Part shown: in pieces, positions 1 through 12,807 of the stretch
How the letters are laid out: each line of letters starts with the position of its first letter
Position numbering within the stretch: position 1 is the first letter of the stretch
DNA from: Squalus acanthias
Taxonomy: Eukaryota
Assembly: GCA_030390025.1 (NCBI GenBank)
Contig: CM059432.1
Coordinates: 136,092,001 to 136,156,000, forward strand
Length of the DNA: 64,000 nucleotides
Direction: 5' to 3'
Made by a program: the position numbers and the translations under genes
The notes under the pieces: model-generated
The model's input: only the letters and a program-made list of their open reading frames with translations
What the model was told of the DNA's origin: nothing
Database searches by the model: none

Positions 1-880
1 TTCCCCCTAAGACTCTAGTTTCGGACGTAGGCAAGTCACTCTCAAAATTAATGTGAAATTCTATCATATTATGATCACTCTGCCCCAGAGGATCCTTTAC
101 TATGAGATTGCTAATTAACCCTGTCTCATTAAACAGTACAAGATCTAAAATAGCCTGTTCCCTGGTTGGTTCCATGACATATTGTTCTAGGAAACTGTCC
201 CGAATGCATTCCATGAACTCGTCCTCCAGACTACCTTTGCCAATTTGATTTGTCCAGTCTATATGAAGATTAAAGTCCCCCAAGATTATTGCATTACCTT
301 TGTTGCAAATTCCTACTATTTCTTAATTAATATTCTGTCCAACGGTATAGCTGTTGTTAGGGGGCCTATATACTACTCCTACCAGTATTTTCTGCCCCTT
401 GTTTTTCCTTATCTCCACCCATACTGATTCTACTTCCTGATCTTCCGAGCCGAGATCCTTTCTCGCTACTGTCCTTATGTCATCCTTTATTATTAGGGCT
501 ACTCCCCCTTCTTTTCCATTCTGCTTGTCTTTTCGAAATGTCAAGTACCCTGGAACATTTAGTTCCCAACCTTGGCCACCTTACAACCATTTCTCTGTAA
601 TGGCTATTGGGTCAAACCCATTTATCTCTATTTGTGCCACTAGTTCGTCTATCTTGTTATGAATGCTTTGTGCATTCAGATAAAGAGCCTTTAATTTAAA
701 TGTTTCACCATTATTCCCTGCTTTGACCTTATTCTCTGCTGCACTGCTACCATTAAACTCTCTGTCCCTTCCTGTCACACTCTGCTTATTTTTACCCAAA
801 TCGCTGCACTGCTCTATTGCCTTGACCTTTCTCTTTAGATTTCTAAATTTCTCCTCACCTGACCCCTCCTCCCCCCTTTT
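1..880 (-). mobile_element. CR1 LINE fragment (ORF2 N-terminal APE endonuclease, disrupted)
   Basis: Minus-strand ORFs 581-799 (LYLNAQSIHNKIDEL...IAITEKWL) and 323-544 (FRKD...GGVALIIKD...ESVWVEI...VGVVYRPP) carry CR1 endonuclease motifs and are interrupted by a stop. Confidence 0.9.
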
Positions 881-1849
881 TTAGATGCTGATTAATGGAA
901 AATAAATCGTTCAGCTGTCTAGAGGGCTGACAAAAGGGAATGGGAATTACTCTAGCATATGCACCAAACATTCGTTCAACTAATGTAGAACTCTACAGTT
1001 GAATCTTCTCCCACACAAGTCCCCACATACCCACCATCTTCAGCCTCAGCCACCTTCCCTCAGTCTCTATATTTGAATGGAGCATTCGCTTTCACCTCTT
1101 CTCTTGAGGTTGTAGCACAGATTGAAACACAACCCCAAAGTTTTTTTTTGCTTGTTAAGTGCTTGTTAAGCAGCATTATAGGAGACCTGGAGCTAAGGCG
1201 CAACATCAGCATTGCACTGCCAGTAGCAAGCACAGACTAGTAGACTTCTGCAAGGTTTCTGAAGCCCTCCCTCCTGGTTGGCTGTAGTGTATCTCCAAGT
1301 ATGTTGAACCTGACCTTTATCACATCTTGGATTTTACAACCCAATACATTGAAAATATCAGTGAAAGGATTCCTCACAAATCTAGCCACTGTGCTAGCCA
1401 CCTCCATACCTGCATATGCCACTGATGTTGCATGGTTCTCAATAGCAATCTGCAGAGAAGACAATCATTGCTCTATGACAATGCAGATCTGTGCTAACCC
1501 GCTCAATGCTACTCCAAACCTACTGTCAGCAAGCTTTGCAGACGACAAGACATTTCCTGTCCTGAGACACTTCTGCCGATTGAATGCGACCTCCTTCTGT
1601 AAATATGTATTGAATAAGTTGACATTATAGGGTAAGAGGCTAAGGCTATAGCACAATATATTTGACCTTTTTCACAGTATAATAGAATTTGAAGTACCTT
1701 GCCAGCTGAACTTCTAATGATGCTTAATGATTACGTTCAAAGTGTGAAATCTATGGGCACTTTCTATGTTTCCCTTATATGGCCTGCTGTGATCTAACGC
1801 AAGTGGAAGCATTTTGGTCTTTGATGGGATTATTTATTGGATTCTATCT

Positions 1850-2130
1850 TGTGGGTTAGGTTGATTTGGCTATGATAAATTGACCCTTAGTGTTAGGGGG
1901 GATTAAATATGTGGGGTTATGGGGATAGGATGGGATATGTTAGGGGGAATTAAATACGTGGGGTTACGGGGGGTAGGGTGGGATATGTGTACTGTGGGGA
2001 TTAAAGCAGGGACAGGGTACTGATTTGGATGATCAGCCATGATCGTATTGAATGGCGGAGCAGGCTCGACGGGCCGAATGGCCTACTCCTGCTCCTAGAT
2101 TCTATGTTTCTATGTTTCTATGTTTCTATG
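1850..2130 (+). mobile_element. HE1-like SINE fragment joined to a CR1/HER1 3' tail with (TTCTATGT)n
   Basis: GGTTAGGTTGATTTGGCTATGATAAATTGACCCTTAGTG resembles the shark HE1 SINE body; GGCCGAATGGCCTACTCCTGCTCCT...TTCTATGT repeats are the CR1 tail. Confidence 0.65.
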
Positions 2131-2259
2131 ATCACAGTACACACAGAGTTAAAATTAAGCACTCTTTAGTCGATTCATCAGACTGCAGAATATACATTAC
2201 TTTCTGGTATGCCAAATGCATTTGTAGGTTGTTCCGGAACAAGCAATGGTTTAAATGGT

Positions 2260-2412
2260 AATATTTCTTGAGACAAAAGGCATCAAGGGGTATGGGGAGA
2301 GAGCGGGAATATGGTATTGAGATAGAGGATCAGCCACGATCATATTGAATGGTGGAGCAGGCTCGAAGGGCCGAATGGCCTACTCCTGCTCCTATTTTTC
2401 TATGTTTCTATG
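2260..2412 (+). mobile_element. CR1 LINE 3' end
   Basis: GATCAGCCACGATCATATTGAATGGTGGAGCAGGCTCGAAGGGCCGAATGGCCTACTCCTGCTCC followed by TTCTATG tail. Confidence 0.85.
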
Positions 2413-3754
2413 AGTGCAGCAGAGTCATTAGTGATACTTTTTCCCGCAGTTTTCCCGATAGCTGTCTGGATAAGTGTAAGCGTTCTGCAATTGCAGATCT
2501 TGAGCTTCAAAGGGTGCTAGAGGTTTCCCTAGCCAGCCAACATCCTTTGGGATCGATTTTAACTTTTGGATGGAGCACACCAGCCTGTTCTTGCAGTGGA
2601 GACCAGAGCCATTTTGAGGCTCAGGCATCATTTAGATAGAACCTAAGAGCTGACCCCCTCCAAACAGGCGTCACGATACAGCCCGTATTCAGGCTGGCAG
2701 GAGTGTGGCAGCGGCCCGGATTATTTTTGAGGGGACCAATTTAGCGCTCCTGCTCTGTACGTCTCATGGTAGGCCCCAGTCAAAATGGCAGCGGGCTAAT
2801 CGTTGGCATTAACGGGGGTGGCAAGTCTGCTGACCTTATTCTGAGGTTGTTATTGCTCCATTAACGGCAAATCCAGCAAGTTAAAATCAACCCCTTTTTG
2901 ATTTTGATATCCTGTGGATCTTTTTTGAAGTATCTGACTGATAGTTCTGAGTTGGAGAGATACGTGGGTTTTAGTGTCCTTTTGTTCTGGTCTATCTTCA
3001 GAGGAATTTGGACAAATATCTTGGGTAGTGTTGCACCAGCACAACAGTCTGCCCGAGGCTGACCGGGGTACAAGGAAAATAAAGGCTTTGGCAGCAGATA
3101 GGAAGTAGATAGCGCGTAAAAGGTTGAGACTGTGTTTTAAGGGTTAGTTTTATGTCGAGGTTTAGTGCAAGAAAAGAGCCTTTTGATATTTGTAACATTG
3201 AGGAGATAACTAAACCTTGTAATGACTGTAAATATACTGTTGGCACTGAGCACTGTTCATTTACCTGTTTAATGTTCAATAAACCTGTCTTGTAGTTTAT
3301 AGCCTCAGCCATGGTATAATAGTGTTTAATTTTTAGTCTATTGAAGTTAAAGAGATCACGTGGGAGCGCATGCTATATCCAGTAACCAGAGTGCAGTGAC
3401 AATCAATTCTGTTGGATCCCTGGATCTCACTACATCTACCTAGATATTGAAAAGCTAAAGACACCCTCTGGTTCATAGGGAACATGAAGTCTACTTATGG
3501 GGCACCAAATGCAAGGGAAATATCTGGGTTAAAAACACAAAATGTAACAGCCAGCTCTAATACTTCTCAAGAATTTTTATTAGTTTCCCTTGTGCTGTAC
3601 TACCACAATGTTCCTGGACAAATTTGGGTTGTACACTGTGTGTAAAGCTTGCCAAGCAAACATGTCTGATTACTACAACTTACTCTAATGATGATATATT
3701 TCAGGCTCTGGTTATACACATTCATCTTCATTTCTCACCTTTACCCTTCTCTTC

Positions 3755-3952
3755 AACAAAAACAACAACTTGCATTTATATAGCGCCTTTAATGTAGTAA
3801 AACATCCCAAAGTTCTTCACAGGAGCGTTACCAAACAAAATTTGACACCGAGCCACATATTAGGACAGGTGACCAAAAGCTTGGTCAAAGAAGTAGGTTT
3901 TCAGGAGTGTCTTCAAGGAGGAGAGAGAGCTAGAGAGGTGGAGAGGCTTAGA
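3755..3952 (-). mobile_element. L2 LINE 3' end
   Basis: Reverse complement of the 3' end of the long L2 at 40651-42962, including the (TTG)n tail. Confidence 0.85.
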
Positions 3953-4463
3953 AAAAATTTGCAGACATCATCTTGTACATATCCTTTCATGTGCAGCGAG
4001 TGGGAGACACCATGCTTACTGCTTGCATCATTGCCTCCTGTGCATGCTGTATCCTCTGCTTATCAATGGATTGTGCTGGTATGCTGAATAGACGTTTTGC
4101 TTGACCCTCATTCCTTCTATAATAATCCACAGGGTTTTGTGAGTGAGCTGGGCTTTGCCAGATCTGTGTTTTCACTGGATGAATGGACAGAGTAATGCAA
4201 TCCCCAGCCGGACTGCCTGTCTCTGTGCTATTGGATAATTGGGTATTCGACTAATTATTGTGACTGCATCATTATTGCAGGTGAATTCCAAATTGGGTAC
4301 CCAATGGTGGATTAGGTACACTGCGATTAATCTTGCGGGAAGGGCACATAGTAACATTGTAAACAGTGTGTTGTCAAAGGAAATAAATGTACTCAAATCC
4401 ATTCTCTCTCTGCTAAGAGTAACATTCGCGCCAGTCAAGTGCCAGGCAATGACTATCTCCAAC

Positions 4464-4955
4464 CAGCAGCCAGGGGCATTCAGCCTCGGATCTGCGGGTA
4501 AGCGTTCTCCAAGGCGGCCTTCGGGATACACGACAGCGCAAAATCATAGAGCAGAAACTGATAGCCAAGTTCAGCACTCATGAGGATGGCCTCAATCGCG
4601 ATATCGGGTTCATGTCACGATACAGAACGTGACTTGACATCATGGCCGGTCCTTCCAGGTGTTTTTTTTTTAAAAAGACTAACACAAGAACCAACACAAA
4701 TTGACAGGATATGCAGCCAGCAGGTGTTTTGACACGTTGGACCCCCTGGGACACATCTCATTGTCTTGGCTGTGCTCTTAGTGTGTCTTTGATGTAGGGA
4801 AAGATTTGAATAGATTTTTTCTGTGTTTATATTGTGAATTCTGGGAGATTCTCGCACTGCTACTCTACCTGAGGAAGGAGCGAACAGCTCCGAAAGCTTG
4901 TAAAATTAAATAAATCTGTTGGACTATAACCTGGTGTTGTGCGACTTCTCATTTT
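4464..4955 (+). mobile_element. Penelope-like element (family A), 5'-truncated: GIY-YIG C-terminus, 3' UTR and hammerhead
   Basis: Encodes SQGHSASDLRVSVLQGGLRDTRQRKIIEQKLIAKFSTHEDGLNRDIGFMSRY; 10-bp TSD TATCTCCAAC at 4454-4463 and 4956-4965. Confidence 0.9.
4866..4902 (+). ncRNA. Minimal type I hammerhead ribozyme motif
   Basis: tac-CTGAGGA-A-GGAGC-gaaca-GCTCC-GAA-AGCT-T-gta: core boxes, stem II, palindromic AGCT helix III, helix I tac/gta. Confidence 0.8.
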
Positions 4956-6177
4956 TATCTCCAACAAGCAAGAGTCTAACCACTGCCCCTTGACATTCAA
5001 CGGCATTACCATCGCCGAATCCCCCACCATCAACATCCTGGGGGTCACCATTGACCAGAAACTTAACTGGACCAGCCACATAAATACTGTGGCAACAAGG
5101 GCAGGTCAGAGGTTGGGTATTCTGCGGCGAGTGTCTCACCTCCTGACTCCCCCAAAACTTTTCCACCATCTACAAGGCACGAGTCAGGAGTGTGACGGAA
5201 TACTCTCCACTTGCCTGGATGAGTGCAGCTCCAAAAACACTCAAGAAGCTTGACACCATTCAGGACAAAGCAGCCCGCTTGATTGGCACCCCATCCACCG
5301 CCTTAAACATTCTCTCCCTCCACCACTGCCGAAAAGTGGCTGCAGTGTACCATCTACAAGGTGCACTGCAGCAACTCGCCAAGGCTTCTTCAGCAGCACC
5401 TCCCAAACCCGTGACCACTACCACCTAGAAGGACAAGGGCAGCAGGCGTATGGGAACACCACCACCTCCAAGTTCCCCTCCAAGTCACACACCATCCTTA
5501 CTTGGAAATATATCGCCGATCCTTCATCATCGCTGGGTCAAAATCCTGGAACTCCCTCCCTATCAGCACTGTGGGAGTACCTTTACCACACGGTCGACAG
5601 TGGTTCAATAAGGCGGCTCACCACCACCTTCTCAAAGGCAATTAGGGATGGGCAATAAATGCTGGCTTTGCCAGCGACGCCCACATCCCTTGAACAAATT
5701 TAAAAATTTTTTAAATGTAGTATTCCCCCCTCCTCAAAATTGCCACCCGTAAAAGATACTTCACAAAAGAGATAAAGGGGGGAAAATTCAGTTGGTTTGC
5801 GCCTCCCGTTAGCGTCTTAAGAGGGCGTTAATGGGGCGAAAAGCAACTAGCGCCCGGGCACGGCGATATCTGCGCCTCTCGCGAAATTGACCAGACATTT
5901 TGCGGCGGCACTAAACACTACCACCACGATCTCCTGCACCGGCAGATCATAACGTCAGTCGAGTGCGCAATGCCATAGTAGCGCCCCGGAGCGGATATTG
6001 AGTGGCGCCCCCTGCCCTACCGCCTGCCGCTAGCAACGACAGATTGAGGGGAGCATTTTGCAGTCAGGAGGGACTGGGGGAGCGCTATTTAAAGGCAAAC
6101 GCTTCCTGCCTTTTTTTGTTGGTCAAATGTGAGAAGTCGCACAACACCAGGTTATAGTCCAACAGCTTTATTTGAAA

Positions 6178-6214
6178 TCACAAGCTTTCGGAGCGCTGCT
6201 CCTTCGTCAGGTGA
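6178..6214 (-). ncRNA. Minimal type I hammerhead ribozyme motif (best-preserved copy)
   Basis: Minus strand: tcac-CTGACGA-A-GGAGC-agc-GCTCC-GAA-AGCT-T-gtga; helix I tcac/gtga is perfect. Confidence 0.85.
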
Positions 6215-6521
6215 AGTGAAGAGATACATATAGGCACGGCATATATAGTCAGAGAACACAGCCAGATGATTACAGTTAATCTTTCCAACTGCCCTTTATC
6301 ACACCTCGGCAGAGAGATAATCACGGCAATCAAAGGTGTGGATGGTGTCCAAACAGGTCAGTCAGCAAAACATTACATCAAAGACAATGTGACAGATGCT
6401 GGGGTCTGCATGGAAAACAAAAAACTTTTTTTGCTGTAAATCACAGCAGGTCCGGCCGCATCGGTGTAGAGAGAACAAGTCAATGACGACTCGAGTCTGG
6501 ATGACTCTACATCAGGTGGGG

Positions 6522-6849
6522 TTACCTGTAGCGTGACATGAACCCAAGATCCCGGTTGAGGCCGTCCTCATGGGTGCGGTACTTGGCTATCAGTTTCTGC
6601 TCGACGATTTTGCGTTGTCGTGTGTCTCGAAGGCCGTCTTGGAGAACGCTTACCCGAAGATCGGAGGCTGAATGTCCTTGACTGCTGAAGTGTTCCCCGA
6701 CTGGGAGGGAACACTCCTGCCTGGCGATTGTTGCGCGGTGTCCGTTCATACATTGCCGCAGTGTCTGCATGGTCTTGCCGATGTACCATGCTCCGGGGCA
6801 TCCTTTCCTGCAACGTATGAGGTAGACAGCGTTAGCCGAATCACATGAG
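6522..6849 (-). pseudogene. Penelope-like GIY-YIG endonuclease domain (open to its stop, 5'-truncated)
   Basis: CDSANAVYLIRC...WYIGKT...NGHR...PVGEHF...H...EQKLI...GLN: VYLI/YIG motifs plus the CCHH pattern of PLE endonucleases. The upstream part of ORF 6522-7133 is fortuitous read-through into the host MITE. Confidence 0.9.
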
Positions 6850-7812
6850 TTTTGTTGGTGACATTTTTGCACCACGCATTCTGAGAGAGAGAGGGAGAGC
6901 GTTCTGGAGAGATTCAACGCTGTGTGAAGGAGTTTTGGGCACTGAGCAGCCCTTTGCAGGTTTATTTTGATTTGCCCTTCCTTGCAGCTATTTAGAAGAG
7001 ACTGTGGGGGTAGCACTCTGAGCTCTTTCCCTGGTTCTCTCCATTGTTCTTTCCAGCAGATTTGATGTACAGGTCTCTCCAGGCCGAGATTCAAGGCTGC
7101 AATGAGCAGGATGTGGATGGAGAGCACGATCAACCCTCCCCTTTAAGAATTGGCCGGCACCATTGTGTCTCTGTTCCATTGCTGACTGACATCACATGAG
7201 CTTCGCCAGCGCTCTGAGGTAGCGCCTTGCTCCTCGGCCTTTGCGCCTTAAGACAGGTGTGAAGTTCCTGATTTAGCGCTCCAATCACCTCCAGGGGCGA
7301 TAAAAGCCAAGTTTGCAGTCGGAGGCGATAATTAGTGCCAGGCGCTAATCTTTGCGCCCAGCCGATAATTGCGCCCCAAATGGGGTGATACTGAATTTTT
7401 CCCCCAAAGTATTTTAATTTCTTTTTCAAAATTCAGTCCCCACCGCTAATTGCGGGCACGCTGGTGTTGACGCGATTAGCCTGCTTTACGTGTTGGCCGG
7501 TAAAAACACATAAGTATCATAAGTATTACCAAAAACAGTCCTCACCGTTTATGAAGCTTCCTCACTACTCATGAAAAAATCCCCGAGGTAGATTTAACAG
7601 CATTCCCAGTGTCTCGGTGATTCTGTGACCGGTCTAGTCACTTGTCTGTCACAGGGCTCGATTACTGAACCAAACAGTGTATTGTCCTTTAGCGACACCG
7701 AGAGAGCAAACGGGAACAGATGGCCGACTGGATTCCAATTCCGTCCCCGGGGTTACTCCTTGATCAATAAACCGATTGGTGCGATCGTGGTGCAGCATCT
7801 CCTCTACTCCAA

Positions 7813-9558
7813 GGGGGGAATTTTGCCTACCTCAGCAGGTCCGGTGCGGGCGGTGTCCGTGGCGGGTCGCGACCCCACTGCTGTCTCCATCCCGCTGTTG
7901 AAAATGAACTTATCTTAATGGGGCCTATTAAGTCCGTCCAGCGCGTTACCCGGCCCAATGAGATGGAGCAAGTCTGGTGACATCATTCATGACGTGTTTT
8001 CAGCCGGGTTCTTTAAAGGGACCATGGCCACATTACATTTGAAGTTTCATCTAACAAAGTGCTGTCATTGCACTACAGCATTGGAGTGCTGCAAACACTG
8101 ACACTAACTGCACAGAGGCAGAGGGCTGCACCCAGGTTCTCCGGTGACAACCTCCATATGTTTATGGAGGGAGTCAGAGCAGAAGAGACCTCCCCAGGAG
8201 ACCAAAACAGCCTGGTTGCAGATTGCAGAGGAGGTTACTAGCAGGGATGTGATCAGGAGGGCCTGGGTACAGTGCCACAAATGTTTCAATGATCTCATTA
8301 GATCACGAAACGTTAGTACAAAGCCACACTCACCTTCATTCTACTGTGCCTCTTATCACATCCCCATCACTCTGCCTTACCTACCCTACTCCTGCACATC
8401 CTTACTCACACCAACTTACCTTGCACCTCCACCCATCCCTCTCTCTCTACCTACGTTATCACATCCCCATCTCACTAGCCACCACTCACACTCACTCTCA
8501 CCCTAGTGCAATCATATCAACTAACAACACACAAGGGTAGCCACTTGGGAGTTTTTTCCAATATTTATGTAACGTTTCTGTTAATGTGGTGTCAAACATA
8601 AAAATCTTTATTTTCAACACTTGCGTTCTTGGACAGATTTGTGTGCACCTTTGGAAGTGGCTTAGTGAGACATAACGGTACCCCACCCCTGCAATGGTGA
8701 TGAGTGTGAAAGGAATGGCTTAGACATTGTAGGGATGCTTTATGGTGTTGGTGTGGGGTGGTGCCAACCTGGTGCATCATGTAGCAGCCAGGGTGTACAG
8801 CATCAAGTTAATTAAATCTCGCCATGATGAGGTCATCCCAGGCCTCCTGGGCAGCAATGTGCTCGTGTGCTGATGCCCTCTGTCCTCTGCAGCATCAGGT
8901 GATTGTGGAGAAGGTTGGTGTTGTTGTTGGTGCTGTTGGTGTGCCTGGTGCTGCTGGTGTTGGGGCTGATCGTGGTCCGATTCTCAGGAGCAAGGTGAGA
9001 CAGTATAAAGGGCACCCATGTTGATGGAATAGATGACAGATGAAGTACAGATGACAGAAGCATTTTGTCAATGGTGAGAGAGTTCTTCCAATGAGGTGAC
9101 ACTGGATGGAGACTTTGCTGGAAAGACTTGCAGCCTGCAGAATCTGTGCTGGAAATGGACTGAGCAACAGCTTCTGCCTGAGGAAAGTGATGATCTGTCA
9201 GGTGGGAGCTTTTACTGTACATGTGATGCTGTCAAGTAATGAGCTGGAGCAATGGCCACGAACTCCCGCCTCAGGTTGACAGACCTGCTTCCCGAGCTGC
9301 GTAAATCCCGTGGCCATGCAGGGAAATTTAAAATGTAGCGGGGAAAAGGCTCTTCAGTGCTGTAAACTACCTGATAATGATTTCAATTGGGTCGCCCGCC
9401 ACTGCCGGTCGGGTCTGCTCCGCGATGACAGATGCGCCTGGGGGAAAGGCGCGTGGGAGCGAGATGACAGCGGGTTCCCAACACACTGTCAAAAATAACA
9501 ATGTTCCCACCCGACCCGCCACCGATCGTGCCCACTACCACCCTGGAAAATTCCAGCC
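7813..9558. mobile_element. Internally deleted PIF/Harbinger transposon with convergent Myb/SANT (+) and nuclease (-) remnants
   Basis: Ends GGGGGGAATTTT / AAAATTCCAGCC; Myb-like peptide at ~8116-8315; minus-strand AAQEAWDDLIMARF resembles a Harbinger nuclease C-terminus. Confidence 0.7.
8116..8315 (+). pseudogene. Harbinger Myb/SANT-like DNA-binding protein remnant
   Basis: RAAPRFS...(frameshift)...AWLQIAEEVTSRDVIRRAWVQCHKCFNDL matches the trihelix/Myb pattern PRFS...W..IA..V......R...QC.K.FNDL. Confidence 0.8.
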
Positions 9559-10204
9559 TATGTGTTTTGAACAGAAGCAGAATGAACCAGGTGCTGTCAG
9601 CATGCCCCTTTTAAACAGACACAAGCACTGCCCCAAATAGCCGGCATGCTTAACATGTTATAAGTGGTGCCTTTGTAATTGACTCCTATGATACTGGCAA
9701 ATGGTTAGCGCTATTTGCCTGATATATGCGCCTGCCCATGATAAGCGAGGACGACATAAGTGGTGGGGTCTGTACGTAAAATTGAAGTGTGTCACTGGAC
9801 TTACTGTTGCTGCTGGAGGGAATTGCCTGATTCTGCTGGGACACAGGAAACTGATGCAGTTCACTTAAGTTTGTGCACCATCAGTTGACAAGAACAACAT
9901 TGTGTGGAAAGGGCAAAGAGCAGATAATTATTTTCTTCAGGTTTTATCTTGATGCTTTCTTTGCTTTTTTCTGCTGTCCTTTTACTTTTATTTTTTGACA
10001 AAAGCTTCTCAAACTGAACAATCAATCCCACAAATACACAACGTCTCCAATAACATTGACCTACAGTGGAATACAGCAACAATATCGTCAATCCCACCCA
10101 CATGGTAAGGGCAGAAATTTCCTAGAATAGCCTTGAATACCGAGGTACTATTTTCCCTTAGTACATGTTGAAACATTGCTACATTTATGTATTTACGTAT
10201 AAAG

Positions 10205-10590
10205 AAAAGGAAGAGCTAGAGCATATATATTGCGCCTTTCATGACCGTCGGACATCCCATAGAACTTCATAGATAATGAAGAATGTTTTGAAGTGTAGTC
10301 ACTGTTGTAATGTAGGGAACCATGGCAACCATTTTGTGGACAGCAAGGCCCCATGAACAGCAAAGAGATAAATGATCAGAATTTTTTTTTTGGTGGTATT
10401 GAGGGCTAAATATTGGCTGCCGAGAGGATTCCCATTCTTTTGTTTGAATAGTGCTAGGGCATCTTTTACATCCACCTGAGAGAGCAGATGGGGCTTCGGT
10501 TTAACATCTCACTTCAACAGATGGTGCCTCTGACAGTGCAGCACTCCTTCAGCCTAGATTATGTGTTCTGGAGTGGAGCTTGTACTCACG
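10205..10590 (-). mobile_element. tRNA-derived Deu-domain SINE (SacSINE1-like), diverged
   Basis: Reverse complement of the SINE at 38484 (GAGTGCTGCACTGTC...AAACCGA.GCCCC...GATGTAAAAGAT...). Confidence 0.85.
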
Positions 10591-10799
10591 TATGTGCGAT
10601 ATATGCAAGTATATGGTGGTGGCAACCATTGTTGGATGACTATTAAGACCAGTATGAGAGAGGCAACCTCTCCCACGGATGTAGCTAGGGGTCCGTTGAT
10701 TTCCTATCCTTGTAGCTCTATATCGGCGACCCCTGTTTGAGATGGGTGGATTATACTTGGACAATGATCAGTTTCTCCTAAGCTTGATTACTATTTACC

Positions 10800-10922
10800 T
10801 GGCCTCTAACTGTTTGTGCACAACAAGGCCACACCAATAGCAAAGAGATAAACTTTTTTTGGTGGTATTGATTGAGGGATAAATATTGGCCACCGAGATA
10901 ATTTCCCCTTCTCTTCTTTGAA
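10800..10922 (-). mobile_element. SacSINE1-like SINE fragment
   Basis: TTGAGGGATAAATATTGGCC...CTCTTCTTTGAATAGT segment of the family. Confidence 0.7.
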
Positions 10923-11106
10923 TAGTTGAGTATATTCGAGAATGAGATCGATTGATTTTTGTACACTAAGGGAATCAAGGGATATGAGGATAGTGCGGGA
11001 AAGTGGAGTTGAGGTCGAAGATCAGCCATGATCTTATTGAATGTCGGAGCAGGCTCGAAGGGCCATTTGGCCGACTCCTGCTCCTATTTCTTATGTTCTT
11101 ATGTTC
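10923..11106 (+). mobile_element. CR1 LINE 3' end
   Basis: AAGGGAATCAAGGGATATG...GATCAGCCATGATCTTATTGAATG...TTCTTATGTTCTTATG. Confidence 0.85.
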
Positions 11107-11616
11107 TATCTTTTGACCCTCCTGCCATGGGTGACCCTACTGGTAGCAAGACTACTGCCAGTATAGTTCTTCAATTTATGGAGTATACAAGCCCCTTCAC
11201 CACAACTAGGCTGCAGTTAAATAGTAGAAATTATATAATGTGCATAATAAATATATACTGTATTCCTTAATATGGTGTGTAGACAGATATGCTGAAAAAA
11301 AACTGTTTTTTAGGTACACATTTATGTTTTCTGTATATTTGGATAGCTCCGTGTTTATGTACTATATTGATATGTATGTACACATCTGCAGTTATAGTTA
11401 TGAAATCCATTTGCTTATAAACCAAAGTAAAGAAGTATTTTTTTCACCCACATTTAAAGGTGTTCAGCCCAAAATGTCTAGGGTGGGCGGGGGGAGTTAT
11501 TTTTAGCGCAATGGAAGTGGGGGAGCTGGAATTTGGGTGGACCTCCTCATCTGTAAGGGTTATATCCTTACTGCCCCAGGCAATCATCCCAGAAATTTTG
11601 TAGGCGGGCACATAAT

Positions 11617-12360
11617 GGCCCAGAAATTGATCTCGCTCTGTTCCCGCGGGGGTAAGCCTTCCCCGCGATGTCTCACCTCGCTTATGCTTTTTCTGATCCA
11701 GCTCGCACGAACTTGATGTTCCAGACATCAGCTGTGCTGGGCTTGCGTATCCCAGCGGCGTAGTGAATTCGTGCGAGCTGTGGGATCACGTGACTCAGTT
11801 AGAGCCAATGGCAGCACACCATCTTCCATTCATAAGTCTCACAGCATGGCTGTGAGACTTATGAATCTTACACCCCCCCAAAATAACAGCTAAACCTCAA
11901 TTAAATTTAAAAAAAAAACCATCACATTAATAAAATAAGTATAGTTAATTAAATTAACCATTTTAAATAAAAAATTAAATTTTTGAAAAAATTTAAAATC
12001 TTTTAAAAAGTTATAAAAATAAACTTACCTGTCTTTAAAGTCTATAAAAAAGATATACCTGTAAAAAAAAATTCAAAAAAATACTTAATTCACTACTTAC
12101 CTTCTTAAAAGCGGGTCTTACTCCTCCTTTTTACATTTCCAAAATCTTCCCTACTTACCTGCGCGTCCAAAGCATGAAGTGCACAGCGTGCGCGCAGCCT
12201 GTAGCGCGCACGCGATGCACCCAGGCCCCGCCCCCTTTTCGGAAGAGCAATTGCCGGTTTTCAGCGCATGCGCAGGGCATGCAGAAAACCGGCAATTGGA
12301 GTGGGAATACGCGAGAGTATGCAGTGCGTACTCTCGCGTCCCGGGATCAATTTTCGGCCC
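11617..12360. mobile_element. ~745-bp hairpin/splice-site MITE (Harbinger-type), copy 1
   Basis: TIRs GGCCCAGAAATTGATC / GATCAATTTTCGGCCC; AAT TSD on both sides; near-identical to 43186-43929. Confidence 0.85.
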
Positions 12361-12603
12361 AATAAGCACACACACCAATGGGTGGCCATATTATAATGCC
12401 ATGTAAATGAGCGAAATCCACATCACATATTAGGCCTTCAGTGAGTCATAGCACCCAGTATTGCTAGTGCTGTGGTGGGGGGGGGAAGGGGAAAGGGGGC
12501 AGGGAATTAAGTCACAGAGCAATCGATTGTGTTGCTGAACCTGGCAGAGGAAGCAAAGAGAAGATTTTAATAACATTTCCCTTTGTCTCCCAGAGCCTAG
12601 AGG

Positions 12604-12688
12604 ACAAAAATGAGAAGTCGCACAACACCAGGTTATAGTCCAACAGTTTTATTTGAAATTACGAGCTTTCGGAGCGCTGCTCCTTCGT
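12604..12688 (-). mobile_element. 85-nt Penelope family A insertion (hammerhead plus tail only)
   Basis: 13-bp TSD CAGAGCCTAGAGG at 12591-12603 and 12689-12701. Confidence 0.88.
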
Positions 12689-12691
12689 CAG
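12659..12691 (-). ncRNA. Hammerhead ribozyme motif lacking the 5' strand of helix I
   Basis: CTGACGA-A-GGAGC-agc-GCTCC-GAA-AGCT-C-gtaa; truncated immediately upstream of the core. Confidence 0.7.
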
Positions 12692-12807
12692 AGCCTAGAG
12701 GGTTCACTAACCCCGCAATAAGATGTTGCAGCAAAACAATTTCCACTCCACCACCCCCCCACCCCCCGCTTCAGGGTTGCCCCAGCTCTGCATAGAATGG
12801 TGCGGGC

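Larger units (their letters stand above)
4415..5700 (+). mobile_element. CR1-group LINE 3' portion (RT C-terminus and 3' UTR), interrupted by a Penelope insertion
   Basis: VTFAPVKCQAMTISN | KQESNHCPLTFNGITI...ILGVTIDQKLNWTSHINTV...EYSPLAWMSAAP reads through once 4464-4955 and one TSD copy are removed; frameshifted; tail GCCAGCGACGCCCACATCC. Confidence 0.8.
6124..6849 (-). mobile_element. Penelope-like element (family A), 5'-truncated
   Basis: GIY-YIG ORF remnant, 3' UTR and hammerhead; 10-bp TSD TTTTGTTGGT at 6114-6123 and 6850-6859. Confidence 0.92.
5777..7405. mobile_element. GC-rich Harbinger-type non-autonomous DNA transposon (hosts the Penelope at 6124-6849)
   Basis: TIRs GGGGGGAAAATTCAG / CTGAATTTTTCCCCC; AAA on both flanks; GTTAGCGCC-type subterminal motifs shared with 31886-32572 and 58070-58769. 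Confidence 0.7.

Noticed and set aside
1237..1656. Overlapping 60-110 aa ORFs in unique sequence
   Set aside because: No recognisable domain and no convincing paired splice sites; minus-strand frame contains a stop.
2930..3360. Possible old LTR fragment (AATAAA, LTR-like composition)
   Set aside because: No clear TG..CA termini or TSD found.
6850..7133. N-terminal extension of the 203-aa GIY-YIG ORF as a new fusion gene
   Set aside because: The junction coincides with the Penelope TSD; upstream codons are chance read-through in MITE sequence.
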